Program-made: the position numbers and the translations under genes
Source: an uncultured Ignavibacteriales bacterium
GTDB taxonomy: Bacteria; Zixibacteria; MSB-5A5; GN15; JAAZOE01
Assembly (NCBI GenBank): GCA_964611355.1
Contig: CAZSYD010000018.1
Coordinates: 1-39,868 of the forward strand
Direction of reading: 5' to 3'
Length of the DNA stretch: 39,868 nucleotides
Shown here: one piece after another, positions 1-8,188 of the stretch
Position numbering within the stretch: position 1 is the first letter of the stretch
Layout of the letters: the number at the start of each line of letters is the position of its first letter
The notes under the pieces: generated by a model
Told to the model about the DNA's origin: nothing
The model's input: the letters and a program-made list of their open reading frames with translations, nothing else
The model's database searches: none

Positions 1-107
1 GATAGTTGTATCTATTAATTATACAAGACGGAATTGGTCTTATTTTGAATTAAATAACGTAGTACGTTTTCTTGTTTCGCCAATATAAAACTTACGGCAA
101 GTATTCC

Positions 108-293
108 TTACGGGCAGCAGGGCGTCGGGCCAATGGAGAAAACGTAATTATTGATACGGACTACATCGCCGACATTGATGCTGCCGTCGCAATTGGCATC
201 GCCGGCTTCGGCCGGGTCGGGCGGCGGGCCGCTTTTGAAGATATAATTGATAATATGGACCGTGTCGCCAATGTTTATATTTCCGTCGCCGTT
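108..293 (-). pseudogene. Truncated C-terminal dockerin-type domain remnant without a start codon
   Basis: Manual minus-strand translation gives NGDGNINIGDTVHIINYIFKSGPPPDPAEAGDANCDGSINVGDVVRINNYVFSIGPTPCCP*, two Ca-binding dockerin repeats like those ending ORFs 8189..9409 and 24801..27227. An in-frame TAA (294-296) lies directly upstream. Confidence 0.85.
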
Positions 294-324
294 TTATTAC
301 TGTCGGATGTGATTGATTACCGGA
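280..324. repeat. 45-bp imperfect direct repeat, copy 1
   Basis: tttccgtcgccgttttattactgtcggatgtgattgattaccgga; 39/45 identical to 1714..1758, with an exact 16-bp core tgtcggatgtgattga. Confidence 0.9.
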
Positions 325-362
325 TGGGGTAAAAGTAGAGATATGTCGGTAATTATAACCAA

Positions 363-1502
363 CTAGTAGTGGTTTGCAGATCGACGGGCGTTTCGCTTTC
401 GTGGTTCCCCGGGGATATCCGGATATGGGGCATTTCTAATACCGCGTGGGTTTAACTGCAAGGTTTGCTGCCGGGTCATTGTGGTATGGTAAAATCCATC
501 CTTCTCCATCGGGACAAGCCTGCCAAAGAGTTTTTTTGCGTATTCGTAATCATCCGGGTCACGGAGATCCATGACAATCTCAATTTCCTTATGCCTGATT
601 TTCTCCCATTGCTCGCCTCCTCTCTCGCTGATTTCATCCATTGTCATCGACTCGGTGCGATGAAACTTGTATTCGCCCTTGGAACGGAACCATGTCTGGC
701 CATCGACATAAATCGTCTGAGCGTCATATTTCGTCAACGGCGCCCATTCCATTATCTCCTTTCTTTTCTGATCTGTCACAGAACCGATTTTCATGATTTT
801 GACCGAATCGTTATAATTTGTACTATCAGCGGGCTGGAACAGGAGTTCACCTCTGAAACGTATCAATGGTTCGCCATCAACAAAGATTAATTGCCCGGGA
901 TATCGAGTAAGCGGTTTTCGTTCCAGTATTTGTTTTTTCTGCAAGTCAGTGGGCGTGTGAGTCTTACCGCCCTCTACCGTATCAACATAGCCGCGTTCCG
1001 TCGTATAGACGACAGGCTTCCCATAGCCGGGTAAAAGGCTATCGGGTATCCCCACATCCGGCGGACGTGGTGACGGTGGCTTTGGTTTTCCTCGAAACAC
1101 CTTAACGGTATCACCTGTTGTAACGAAATAAAGATAAGTCCTACCAACAAAATCGCTTTTTCGGTGAACCTCAATAATAATACCGGAGGTATCATCCGGC
1201 GAAATAATTACAGCCAATTTATGGTCTATAGTGTCGCCATAATTCACGGGTATCCCCCAGGACTTCTTGCCTTCGTATTTAAGCCTTCCAATTGTAGATA
1301 CTGTAATGTTCAGACTATCCCATTGCCAATATGATTTAATTCTAAATGTTAAATCTACCAACCCAGTATTTATCGGCCCCTGAGGAGTATTTATCGATAG
1401 ACCAATGAGCCCAACATCCCTTGATATCTGTCCAAAACAAGGTTTTGCCAAAACCAAAGTAACAAGAGAATAACCTACCAACAGTTTTCTGATTGTACTC
1501 AT
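363..1502 (-). CDS. Hypothetical secreted protein with two internal ~45-aa repeats
   Basis: 379-aa ORF; GGAGG RBS upstream on the minus strand; signal-peptide-like N-terminus; Pro-rich linker; repeats TDLQKKQILERKPLTRYPGQLIFVDG and TDQKRKEIMEWAPLTKYDAQTIYVDG. Confidence 0.8.
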   Translation of the reverse strand: MSTIRKLLVGYSLVTLVLAKPCFGQISRDVGLIGLSINTPQGPINTGLVDLTFRIKSYWQWDSLNITVSTIGRLKYEGKKSWGIPVNYGDTIDHKLAVIISPDDTSGIIIEVHRKSDFVGRTYLYFVTTGDTVKVFRGKPKPPSPRPPDVGIPDSLLPGYGKPVVYTTERGYVDTVEGGKTHTPTDLQKKQILERKPLTRYPGQLIFVDGEPLIRFRGELLFQPADSTNYNDSVKIMKIGSVTDQKRKEIMEWAPLTKYDAQTIYVDGQTWFRSKGEYKFHRTESMTMDEISERGGEQWEKIRHKEIEIVMDLRDPDDYEYAKKLFGRLVPMEKDGFYHTTMTRQQTLQLNPRGIRNAPYPDIPGEPRKRNARRSANHY

Positions 1503-1713
1503 GATTGCCTCCTTCGATATACTACAATAAACTTTTGTTTTATTTATACCTATGGCACTCCATCTTTGACCTTTTTCTCGGAATACGCCGGTCTGGTAAT
1601 TGAGGGGTTGAAGAGAACCGGCAATGTCGACATTAAATAAAACATCTTACAAGAAAATGTCAAGCGATATCTCTATTTTATGACGAAATAATTGTCAATT
1701 CGTGCACTGACAG

Positions 1714-1758
1714 TTTCCGTCACCGTTTTACTTATGTCGGATGTGATTGACTACAGGA
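1714..1758. repeat. 45-bp imperfect direct repeat, copy 2
   Basis: tttccgtcaccgttttacttatgtcggatgtgattgactacagga; matches 280..324. Confidence 0.9.
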
Positions 1759-1836
1759 CATTTCCAGTTTCCCCTTGACTTCTACGACCTCAATTCAATT
1801 ATTCCCCCATAACTTGACTTAGGCAATTCGGTTTTT

Positions 1837-1962
1837 ATGCCCGCTGTTGAAGTAAAAGATTTAGCCAAACGGTTCGGTGCTGCATCAACCGCGTATTTTA
1901 CGGCTGATCAGCCTCCGGTCAAATGTCCGTTCAAACACCAGACTCTTGACGGAGAGGCCTGA
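1837..1962 (+). pseudogene. Chimeric ccmA N-terminus / ccmE C-terminus remnant (41 aa)
   Basis: Translates as MPAVEVKDLAKRFGAASTAYFTADQPPVKCPFKHQTLDGEA*. The start resembles an ABC ATPase N-terminus and the end resembles the CcmE F-x-A-x-x-x-x-x-KCPSKY motif. It stops 3 nt before ccmF. Confidence 0.6.
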
Positions 1963-1965
1963 TCG

Positions 1966-4155
1966 GTGAACTGGGGCGCGCTTCTGATAACGCTGGCTTT
2001 TGCCGGTATATTGACAAGCACGATCTGTTTTTTATTGGCCGCACTGGGGTATTCCCGGTTTTTCTCCCTGGCGCGCAGGAGCTACGCTTGCTTTGCGGCT
2101 TTTGTCAGCCTGGCCTGTCTGCTTCTGTTTTACCTCTTCATCACCGGCGATTATTCCTATAAATATGTCTTTGACCATTCCTCGTCCGACCTGCCTTTAT
2201 TTTATCTGATTTCGGCATTCTGGGTCGGGCAGGAAGGTACCTATCTCCTCTGGTTGTTTTTTCTGACCCTGATGGGGTATTTCATCATTAACCGGGGTCG
2301 GGAATATACCAGCCATGCGATGTTTTTTTACGGACTGATCAATCTTTTTTTCTGCACGATCCTGCTGGCGCTTTCGCCGTTTGAAAAACTGCCTGTGCCG
2401 CAGGCGGAGGGAGCCGGTCTTAATCCATTGTTGCAGGACCCCTGGATGGTCGTCCACCCGCCTGTAATATTTTTAGGTTATGCGGCGGTTGCCATACCCT
2501 GCGTCATCGCCATGGCGGCTCTGGCAAGAAACAAGTATGACAACTGGTCAAAAATATCATTCGGCCCGGTTGTGTTCGCAGCGCTGGCATTGGGGGCCGG
2601 GAATATCATGGGAGCGTTCTGGGCTTACAAGACGCTCGGGTGGGGCGGTTATTGGTCCTGGGACCCGGTTGAAAATTCGTCCCTTATCCCGTGGCTGACT
2701 TCGCTGGCGTTGATTCACGGCCTTCTCATTGAACGGCGCAGCAGCAGTCTCAGGAGGACCAATCTTTTTTTGGCGTTGTTCACCTTTTTGCTTGTTATCT
2801 ACGGAACTTTCCTGACACGCTCAGGCGTCCTGGTCAAATTTTCGGTACACAGCTTTGTTGATCTGGGAATCAACGTTTATCTGGTTGGCTTCATGATCGG
2901 GTTTGCGCTTCTGTCGCTGGTTCTCTATGTTCTTCGCATCGGCAGAATCAAAGTTCCCTCGGCAAATCTCGACGTTACCTCTCAGGAATTCTCGCTTGTT
3001 GTTTCGGTGTGGCTGTTGCTTTTAATTGCGGTGGTGGTTCTGACCGGAACGTCGTGGCCGCTTATCACCGCGTTTTTTGGCAGTCAGGGCGCAGCCGATA
3101 GGGATATGTACACCCGGCTGATTTTCCCCCTTGCGATAGTCATCTGTCTTTTCCTCGGCTTTTCGCCGTTTATGCTCTGGAGGGGAGGCGAGTCGGGACG
3201 GCTGATAAAGAAAGCGGTTATACCAATTATAGCGGCTTTGGCGATTACAATAGTCTCCGTATTAATGGGAGTAAAGTCCTTTTCCTACTTGCTTTTTATT
3301 TTCTCGGCCGCTTTCGCGTTTTTCTCTAACATACTGACGCTTGCGAGATACCTCCCCGATAGAATAAAACTGTCCGGACCCCAGGTAGCACATCTCGGAT
3401 TGGCCATGATGCTTATCGGCATACTCGTTTCTTCGGCCTATTCCACCAGTCGTATGTTGGTGATCGATCATGGCCGTGCCGGTTGGGCGTACGGTTTTGA
3501 GATTACCTATAAGGGAATGACCGGTGAAATTACCACGCCGGATAATGAGATTCTCCTTGATATCAAAGACGGCAACGGCGGGTACGAAGCCCGGCCGAAA
3601 ATGTTCCGGTCTCGCCGAATGGGAGGTTTCATGAAGAAACCGTATATTAAGCGGTATTTGTTTTATGACATCTACCTGGCCCCGGAGCAGTTTATTGACC
3701 TTTCGCCGGAGAACGGGGTGAAAATCGTGCGCGGCGATACTATCCGGCTTGGCGAATTTCATATAACTTTTACGGGTTTCGATCAGGCTGAGCATGATTT
3801 GAATTCATCGATGAAGTTCGCCGCGGTATTGGAAGTGACTAACGGCGCCGGCCGCACGGAAACAATAACGCCGGCCCTTGTCTTTGAGCCGGGTAAGAAT
3901 TTCATTCATTTCGACGTTCCGATAATGAGCGGTTACGATTCGTTTCAGGTTCGGTTGGAGAGGGTTTTTGCCGATGAGGGGGCTATCATGTTGTCAGTTG
4001 AGGGATTAACGCCAAAGTTGCCGACTGACCAGCTTGTTCTGGAAATCTCCAAAAAACCGGCCATGAATCTGCTCTGGGGGGGTGCGATTGTGCTCCTTTT
4101 GGGCGGTTTTCTCTCATTTCGTAACAGGTGGAAAATAAGCCGCACGGGGCCATAG
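1966..4155 (+). CDS. ccmF: Cytochrome c biogenesis heme lyase CcmF/NrfE family
   Basis: Multi-TM protein with GLNPLLQ, HPP, WGGYWSWDPVENSS (WWD domain), TFLTRSG, SVHSF and AHLG motifs. Confidence 0.93.
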   Translation: MNWGALLITLAFAGILTSTICFLLAALGYSRFFSLARRSYACFAAFVSLACLLLFYLFITGDYSYKYVFDHSSSDLPLFYLISAFWVGQEGTYLLWLFFLTLMGYFIINRGREYTSHAMFFYGLINLFFCTILLALSPFEKLPVPQAEGAGLNPLLQDPWMVVHPPVIFLGYAAVAIPCVIAMAALARNKYDNWSKISFGPVVFAALALGAGNIMGAFWAYKTLGWGGYWSWDPVENSSLIPWLTSLALIHGLLIERRSSSLRRTNLFLALFTFLLVIYGTFLTRSGVLVKFSVHSFVDLGINVYLVGFMIGFALLSLVLYVLRIGRIKVPSANLDVTSQEFSLVVSVWLLLLIAVVVLTGTSWPLITAFFGSQGAADRDMYTRLIFPLAIVICLFLGFSPFMLWRGGESGRLIKKAVIPIIAALAITIVSVLMGVKSFSYLLFIFSAAFAFFSNILTLARYLPDRIKLSGPQVAHLGLAMMLIGILVSSAYSTSRMLVIDHGRAGWAYGFEITYKGMTGEITTPDNEILLDIKDGNGGYEARPKMFRSRRMGGFMKKPYIKRYLFYDIYLAPEQFIDLSPENGVKIVRGDTIRLGEFHITFTGFDQAEHDLNSSMKFAAVLEVTNGAGRTETITPALVFEPGKNFIHFDVPIMSGYDSFQVRLERVFADEGAIMLSVEGLTPKLPTDQLVLEISKKPAMNLLWGGAIVLLLGGFLSFRNRWKISRTGP

Positions 4156-4242
4156 CCGGTAATAAGCCAATTTATATTTACACAAATCAGGAAATAGTCT
4201 CGTCTACAGAGGCAGAAAGAGCAAAAAAAACCATATTTTTGC

Positions 4243-4271
4243 TTGCCCAAAAGGGCGAAACTATTTATTAT
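4243..4271 (+). promoter_or_regulatory. Putative sigma70 promoter of the lipoprotein gene
   Basis: TTGCCC-17 bp-TATTAT. Confidence 0.4.
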
Positions 4272-4310
4272 TTGTTTTCGTGTTGCGATGACATTGGGAG
4301 GATTAGATAA

Positions 4311-5492
4311 ATGAGAAGAGTTGTTTCGGTTTTGGTTATTATCGGTCTTTTGGCGGTGTTTGGATACAGCGGGTGTGATAAAAACGATGAAAATACCATT
4401 AATTCCCTGCCCAAGCACCATAATGTTTTTCCGGTGTTCCATCTTAAGACCGACAACGGTTATCGGACCTATGGCGTCGATTCCGTTCTGCTTACGGCCG
4501 ATCCGGATATCGGCTGGCTGGATTCGGTCTTTACCGATGTCAATGGATGTATCGCCACTATGGCCGCAGGGACGTACATCACCGATATCGACACCACGAT
4601 TGAAATAGACCCCAACACACAGCTTCCCGACACGACTATCGACACTACTTCCGTTGTCCTTGGTTTTACGCCTTCGCAGGAATATGCTTTCGCCTTCGAA
4701 AGGGAAAATGAATTTACCTGGGTTGATTCGTTTAAGGCCGTGTACGCGGTGACGATTGATTCCACATGGATGCTTATCTCTGCCGAAACGCTGGAAGTAT
4801 CCGTAGTTCGTGATACCGCCAGGGCGCTTAAAACCGTGCTCGATTCGGTAGCCGTTATAGACGATCCGGACGATACTATTGGCAATCAGCCCGATTCGAT
4901 CTACGATCTGGAACTCCTGTATGGTTACTGGTTTGACACTGCCTTCACGGTTGTTAACCCTGATGATACTATAGATTTCCCTCCCGATTCAACGGTTGTT
5001 GACACGCAACTCTGGGGATTCTGGAATCGAATAGATTCCTTTTTCCTGGCGACCGATTCATCGGAATGGTGCGATATTGCCATAGATACAATCATTGAAG
5101 GTACCGAAACCACGTACGTGGAGCAGATTGAAATCGTCATAGATACCATGAGGGCGGATCTTAACGGTTATGTTACCTACATCATCGATACGATCTACCA
5201 TTACGCCGACTGCCCCGATTATCCTGATATTCAGGATGCCATATACAACTCTTGCGCATGGAATGACTACGATACTACCATTCACGCCGTTTTCCCCGAT
5301 ACTGCCAAAAGCCTGATCTTTGACGACAGCGTTCTGGTTATCAATCATGTAACAAATGATACCAGCCGGGCCTCTCTATACCTTGATGACGGCCGTGGTA
5401 CTTTAATTCCTTTAGATAGCCTGCAGCTTCAATTGACGATGCCGCCGGAGGAAGTCTATCCGTTCTATGATATGTATATCAAAGACGAGTAA
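4311..5492 (+). CDS. Acidic Asp-Thr/Ser-rich lipoprotein of unknown function
   Basis: GGGAGG RBS; signal peptide ending in lipobox-like YSG-C; highly acidic with many D-T/D-S motifs. Confidence 0.8.
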   Translation: MRRVVSVLVIIGLLAVFGYSGCDKNDENTINSLPKHHNVFPVFHLKTDNGYRTYGVDSVLLTADPDIGWLDSVFTDVNGCIATMAAGTYITDIDTTIEIDPNTQLPDTTIDTTSVVLGFTPSQEYAFAFERENEFTWVDSFKAVYAVTIDSTWMLISAETLEVSVVRDTARALKTVLDSVAVIDDPDDTIGNQPDSIYDLELLYGYWFDTAFTVVNPDDTIDFPPDSTVVDTQLWGFWNRIDSFFLATDSSEWCDIAIDTIIEGTETTYVEQIEIVIDTMRADLNGYVTYIIDTIYHYADCPDYPDIQDAIYNSCAWNDYDTTIHAVFPDTAKSLIFDDSVLVINHVTNDTSRASLYLDDGRGTLIPLDSLQLQLTMPPEEVYPFYDMYIKDE

Positions 5493-5528
5493 TCCGGGCT
5501 ATCCCATCGTTCCTTGATAAAGCTTGCC

Positions 5529-5558
5529 AAAACCCCGCGAATTCAGCGGGGTTTTTTT
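5529..5558 (+). terminator. Intrinsic terminator
   Basis: aaaaccccgc-gaattca-gcggggtttt followed by a T tract. Confidence 0.85.
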
Positions 5559-5559
5559 A

Positions 5560-5588
5560 TTGACAAATAGTTTATCGCATTTTATGCT
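5560..5588 (+). promoter_or_regulatory. Sigma70 promoter of the riboswitch-btuB operon
   Basis: TTGACA-17 bp-TATGCT immediately before the riboswitch. Confidence 0.7.
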
Positions 5589-5601
5589 ATACGAAGATAC
5601 A

Positions 5602-5761
5602 TTTCGGTCCCAGAGCGGTTAATAGGGAAGACGGTGAAAATCCGTCGCAGCCCCGCTACTGTGAGCGGCTACGAAAGGATCGGCAACCACTCTTTCGGGT
5701 CAACCGAAAGGGGAAGGGATCCCGGTAGGTTTGATGCCGCAAGCCAGGAGACCTGCCGAAA
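5602..5761 (+). ncRNA. Cobalamin riboswitch (B12 element)
   Basis: Hallmark segments AATAGGGAA-GACGGTGAAAATCCGTC-GCAGCCCCGCTACTGT, CCACT...GGGAAG and B12 box AAGCCAGGAGACCTGCC; P1 tttcggt/gccgaaa; lies upstream of a TonB-dependent receptor. Confidence 0.95.
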
Positions 5762-5800
5762 CGGAAACCTGTAATTCGACAGCCCTCGAGGGAGGGAAGG

Positions 5801-8143
5801 TTGAACCGATCCCGACCCGTCAACATGGCTGCCGGGATTTTTTTGTTATATTTTCCCGGCAGAGCAGGAGTTTGGTTTGTCCCTGCTGCAATATTGTGCC
5901 TGCTTCTGGCCGTTATTTTCCACTGTCCCGCGGCGGCTCAGTCTTCCGCAAAAATCGACGGATATGTTTATGATGACGTTGACGGCCATCCCCTTCCTCA
6001 AGCTGCAGTTGAAATTTCAGGCGCCAACTACTTTGTGCTAACCGATCAGCTCGGCTATTTCTATTTCGAAAACCTGCCTGATGGCCGGTACATCATTCAT
6101 GTCAGAGCGGAAGGATACCGGCCCCGGATAATTGAAAATATAGATGTCCTGACCGAGATAACCTCCCGGGTGAGCGTACGGATGGCGCGCAAAATCTATC
6201 GCCTCAGCGACACTCGCGTGTACGGGCAATATCTCCCGGCTGTCGCCGGCGATTTGAAAATCATCAATAGAAAAGAAATCCGGGAACTTGGCGTCAATAC
6301 TGTGGCCGAAGTTCTGGAGCAGGTTGAAGGAGTATATGTCCAGGAGACCGGCCCGGCGGGAGGTCGGGTGGAGGTCAGCATCCGGGGATGCGATCCGAAG
6401 CATGTTCTGGTGCTTTTTGACGGTCAGCGGATTAACGCGGCGGGGAACGGTACGGCCGACCTGGGAACCGTTCCGCTGGAGATGGTGGAAAAGGTCGAAA
6501 TTTATCGGGGCGGGCAATCCGCTCGTTTCGGTCCCGATGCGCTTGGAGGCGTGGTAAATATCATTTCATACACTACGGGACGCGACGATATTTCAAAAAT
6601 CACGTCAAAAAAATACTGGGGAAAATGGAAAACGGATCTGTATGATCTTACGCTGATCAATCCGGTTCCGTTCGACGGGATGACCGGCAAACTGGCTTAC
6701 AGCCATCGTGGAACTTCCGGTGACTTTCATTATGATTACCGGGTTACTCCCCGCGCCAATGTTACCCGTCAATATTCCGGTGCCCGGCAAAATGCCGCAT
6801 CCCGCTCCGATAACTATTTCTGGTCCCTTTCACGCAATTTCGGCGGGACGACTTTTTTGAATTTATCCGGTCAGGTTTATCGGTCGGAGAACGGCTTGCC
6901 CGGCAGCGTTTCCAGTCCGGATTCGACCGCCTGGAAAAAAGACGACCGCACGCTTGTTAGCGCTCGTATCAGGCACAGCGGGTCTGACGACTATGGTCTT
7001 GAACTGGAAATGGGATTTTCCCGGTTCATGCAGTATTTCAACAATATGGATCATCCCCGGGAGCCGCAGCGATACGATATCCGCTATACCAATGATATTT
7101 CTAATCTGCAGGCGACAGGCAACCGGAATCTCTGGCGCGGCAATGAACTGCGTGGCGGAATTGCCGCCCGGCGCGATATCCTGTATCACGACGATTATCA
7201 CCGGACTAATATGAGCATGGACCGCACCGTTAGGGACAATATCGGTATTTTCATCAGCAATCATCAATCCGTCGAGTTGACCGCGTGGCCGATTTTTGAT
7301 GTCGCCAACTTTGATATTTCGGCAAGATGGGACAACACCAATACCAAAAAGGATTCGACCTCGTGGCAGGATAGGGACGAATCGAACCGGATTGAAAACT
7401 TTTCGCCCGGGGTCGGCGCCTCGCTGTCACGGGAAGGCAAAATAGGGCTGGTAATTCGCGGAAGTTACGGCCTCTCCTGCCGACTCCCATCGATTAATTC
7501 ACTTTTCTGGAAAGGGGACACGCGCAGTCTGGGCAATCCGGGTCTTAAACCGGAAAGGTCGGAACATTCCGATATCGGGTGCGAAATCAATCTTGATTGG
7601 TGGGCAAAAATATCAGGCGGAATCACTTATTTTCATTCTTACATCCGGGATTTAATCGAATGGCAGCCCGGTTATCAGGGCGTTTGGCAACCGGTCAATC
7701 TGGCCGGCGCACGCATTACCGGCCACGAAGATTTCGTGCGGATACTAATGTTTGATGATTGTCTGCGTCTTGATTATCAAAACACGATAACCGTCGCCAG
7801 AAACAGGAAACCGGGGCATAACAGCTTCAACAAATACCTGACTTACCGGCCTCATTATATCACGCGATTGGGCGCGTCACTGCGTATCTGGAAACTCAAA
7901 GGCTCCTATTCGGTACGGCTTGTTGACATCCGTTACAATCGCGAAGCAAATACCAAGTGGTACGACGCTTATGGTGTTGACGATATGAACCTGGGATTTG
8001 AAACCGGCATTTCGAAGTTCAGGTTTGAAACAACATATCGAGTCAGGAATCTGCACGGAGAGCATTATGTCCTGATCGGGCATTACCCGATGCCGGGCAG
8101 GGAATGGGGGATAGATGTTTCTCTCTCGTATCGAATGGAGTAA
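5801..8143 (+). CDS. btuB: TonB-dependent receptor, likely cobalamin transporter BtuB, with N-terminal CarboxypepD_reg-like domain
   Basis: Plug motifs (SIRG...VLVLFDGQRIN, VEKVEIYRGGQSARFGPDALGGVVNII); barrel motif GNPGLKPERS; C-terminal YPMPGRE; riboswitch upstream; TTG start after a G/A-rich RBS. Confidence 0.85.
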   Translation: MNRSRPVNMAAGIFLLYFPGRAGVWFVPAAILCLLLAVIFHCPAAAQSSAKIDGYVYDDVDGHPLPQAAVEISGANYFVLTDQLGYFYFENLPDGRYIIHVRAEGYRPRIIENIDVLTEITSRVSVRMARKIYRLSDTRVYGQYLPAVAGDLKIINRKEIRELGVNTVAEVLEQVEGVYVQETGPAGGRVEVSIRGCDPKHVLVLFDGQRINAAGNGTADLGTVPLEMVEKVEIYRGGQSARFGPDALGGVVNIISYTTGRDDISKITSKKYWGKWKTDLYDLTLINPVPFDGMTGKLAYSHRGTSGDFHYDYRVTPRANVTRQYSGARQNAASRSDNYFWSLSRNFGGTTFLNLSGQVYRSENGLPGSVSSPDSTAWKKDDRTLVSARIRHSGSDDYGLELEMGFSRFMQYFNNMDHPREPQRYDIRYTNDISNLQATGNRNLWRGNELRGGIAARRDILYHDDYHRTNMSMDRTVRDNIGIFISNHQSVELTAWPIFDVANFDISARWDNTNTKKDSTSWQDRDESNRIENFSPGVGASLSREGKIGLVIRGSYGLSCRLPSINSLFWKGDTRSLGNPGLKPERSEHSDIGCEINLDWWAKISGGITYFHSYIRDLIEWQPGYQGVWQPVNLAGARITGHEDFVRILMFDDCLRLDYQNTITVARNRKPGHNSFNKYLTYRPHYITRLGASLRIWKLKGSYSVRLVDIRYNREANTKWYDAYGVDDMNLGFETGISKFRFETTYRVRNLHGEHYVLIGHYPMPGREWGIDVSLSYRME

Positions 8144-8188
8144 TCGTGTTCCGGTTTGAATATTCAATAAATAAATGGAGGTTCGACG

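Noticed and set aside
72..332. 86-aa + strand ORF
   Set aside because: Antisense shadow of the minus-strand dockerin remnant
291..1758. GTTTTA-starting repeat read as a CRISPR repeat or integron attC site
   Set aside because: Only two copies, 1.4 kb apart, with no spacers or cas genes; no RYYYAAC...GTTRRRY arrangement and no integrase
5731..5973. 80-aa ORF as a leader peptide
   Set aside because: Overlaps the B12 box and btuB out of frame; no RBS
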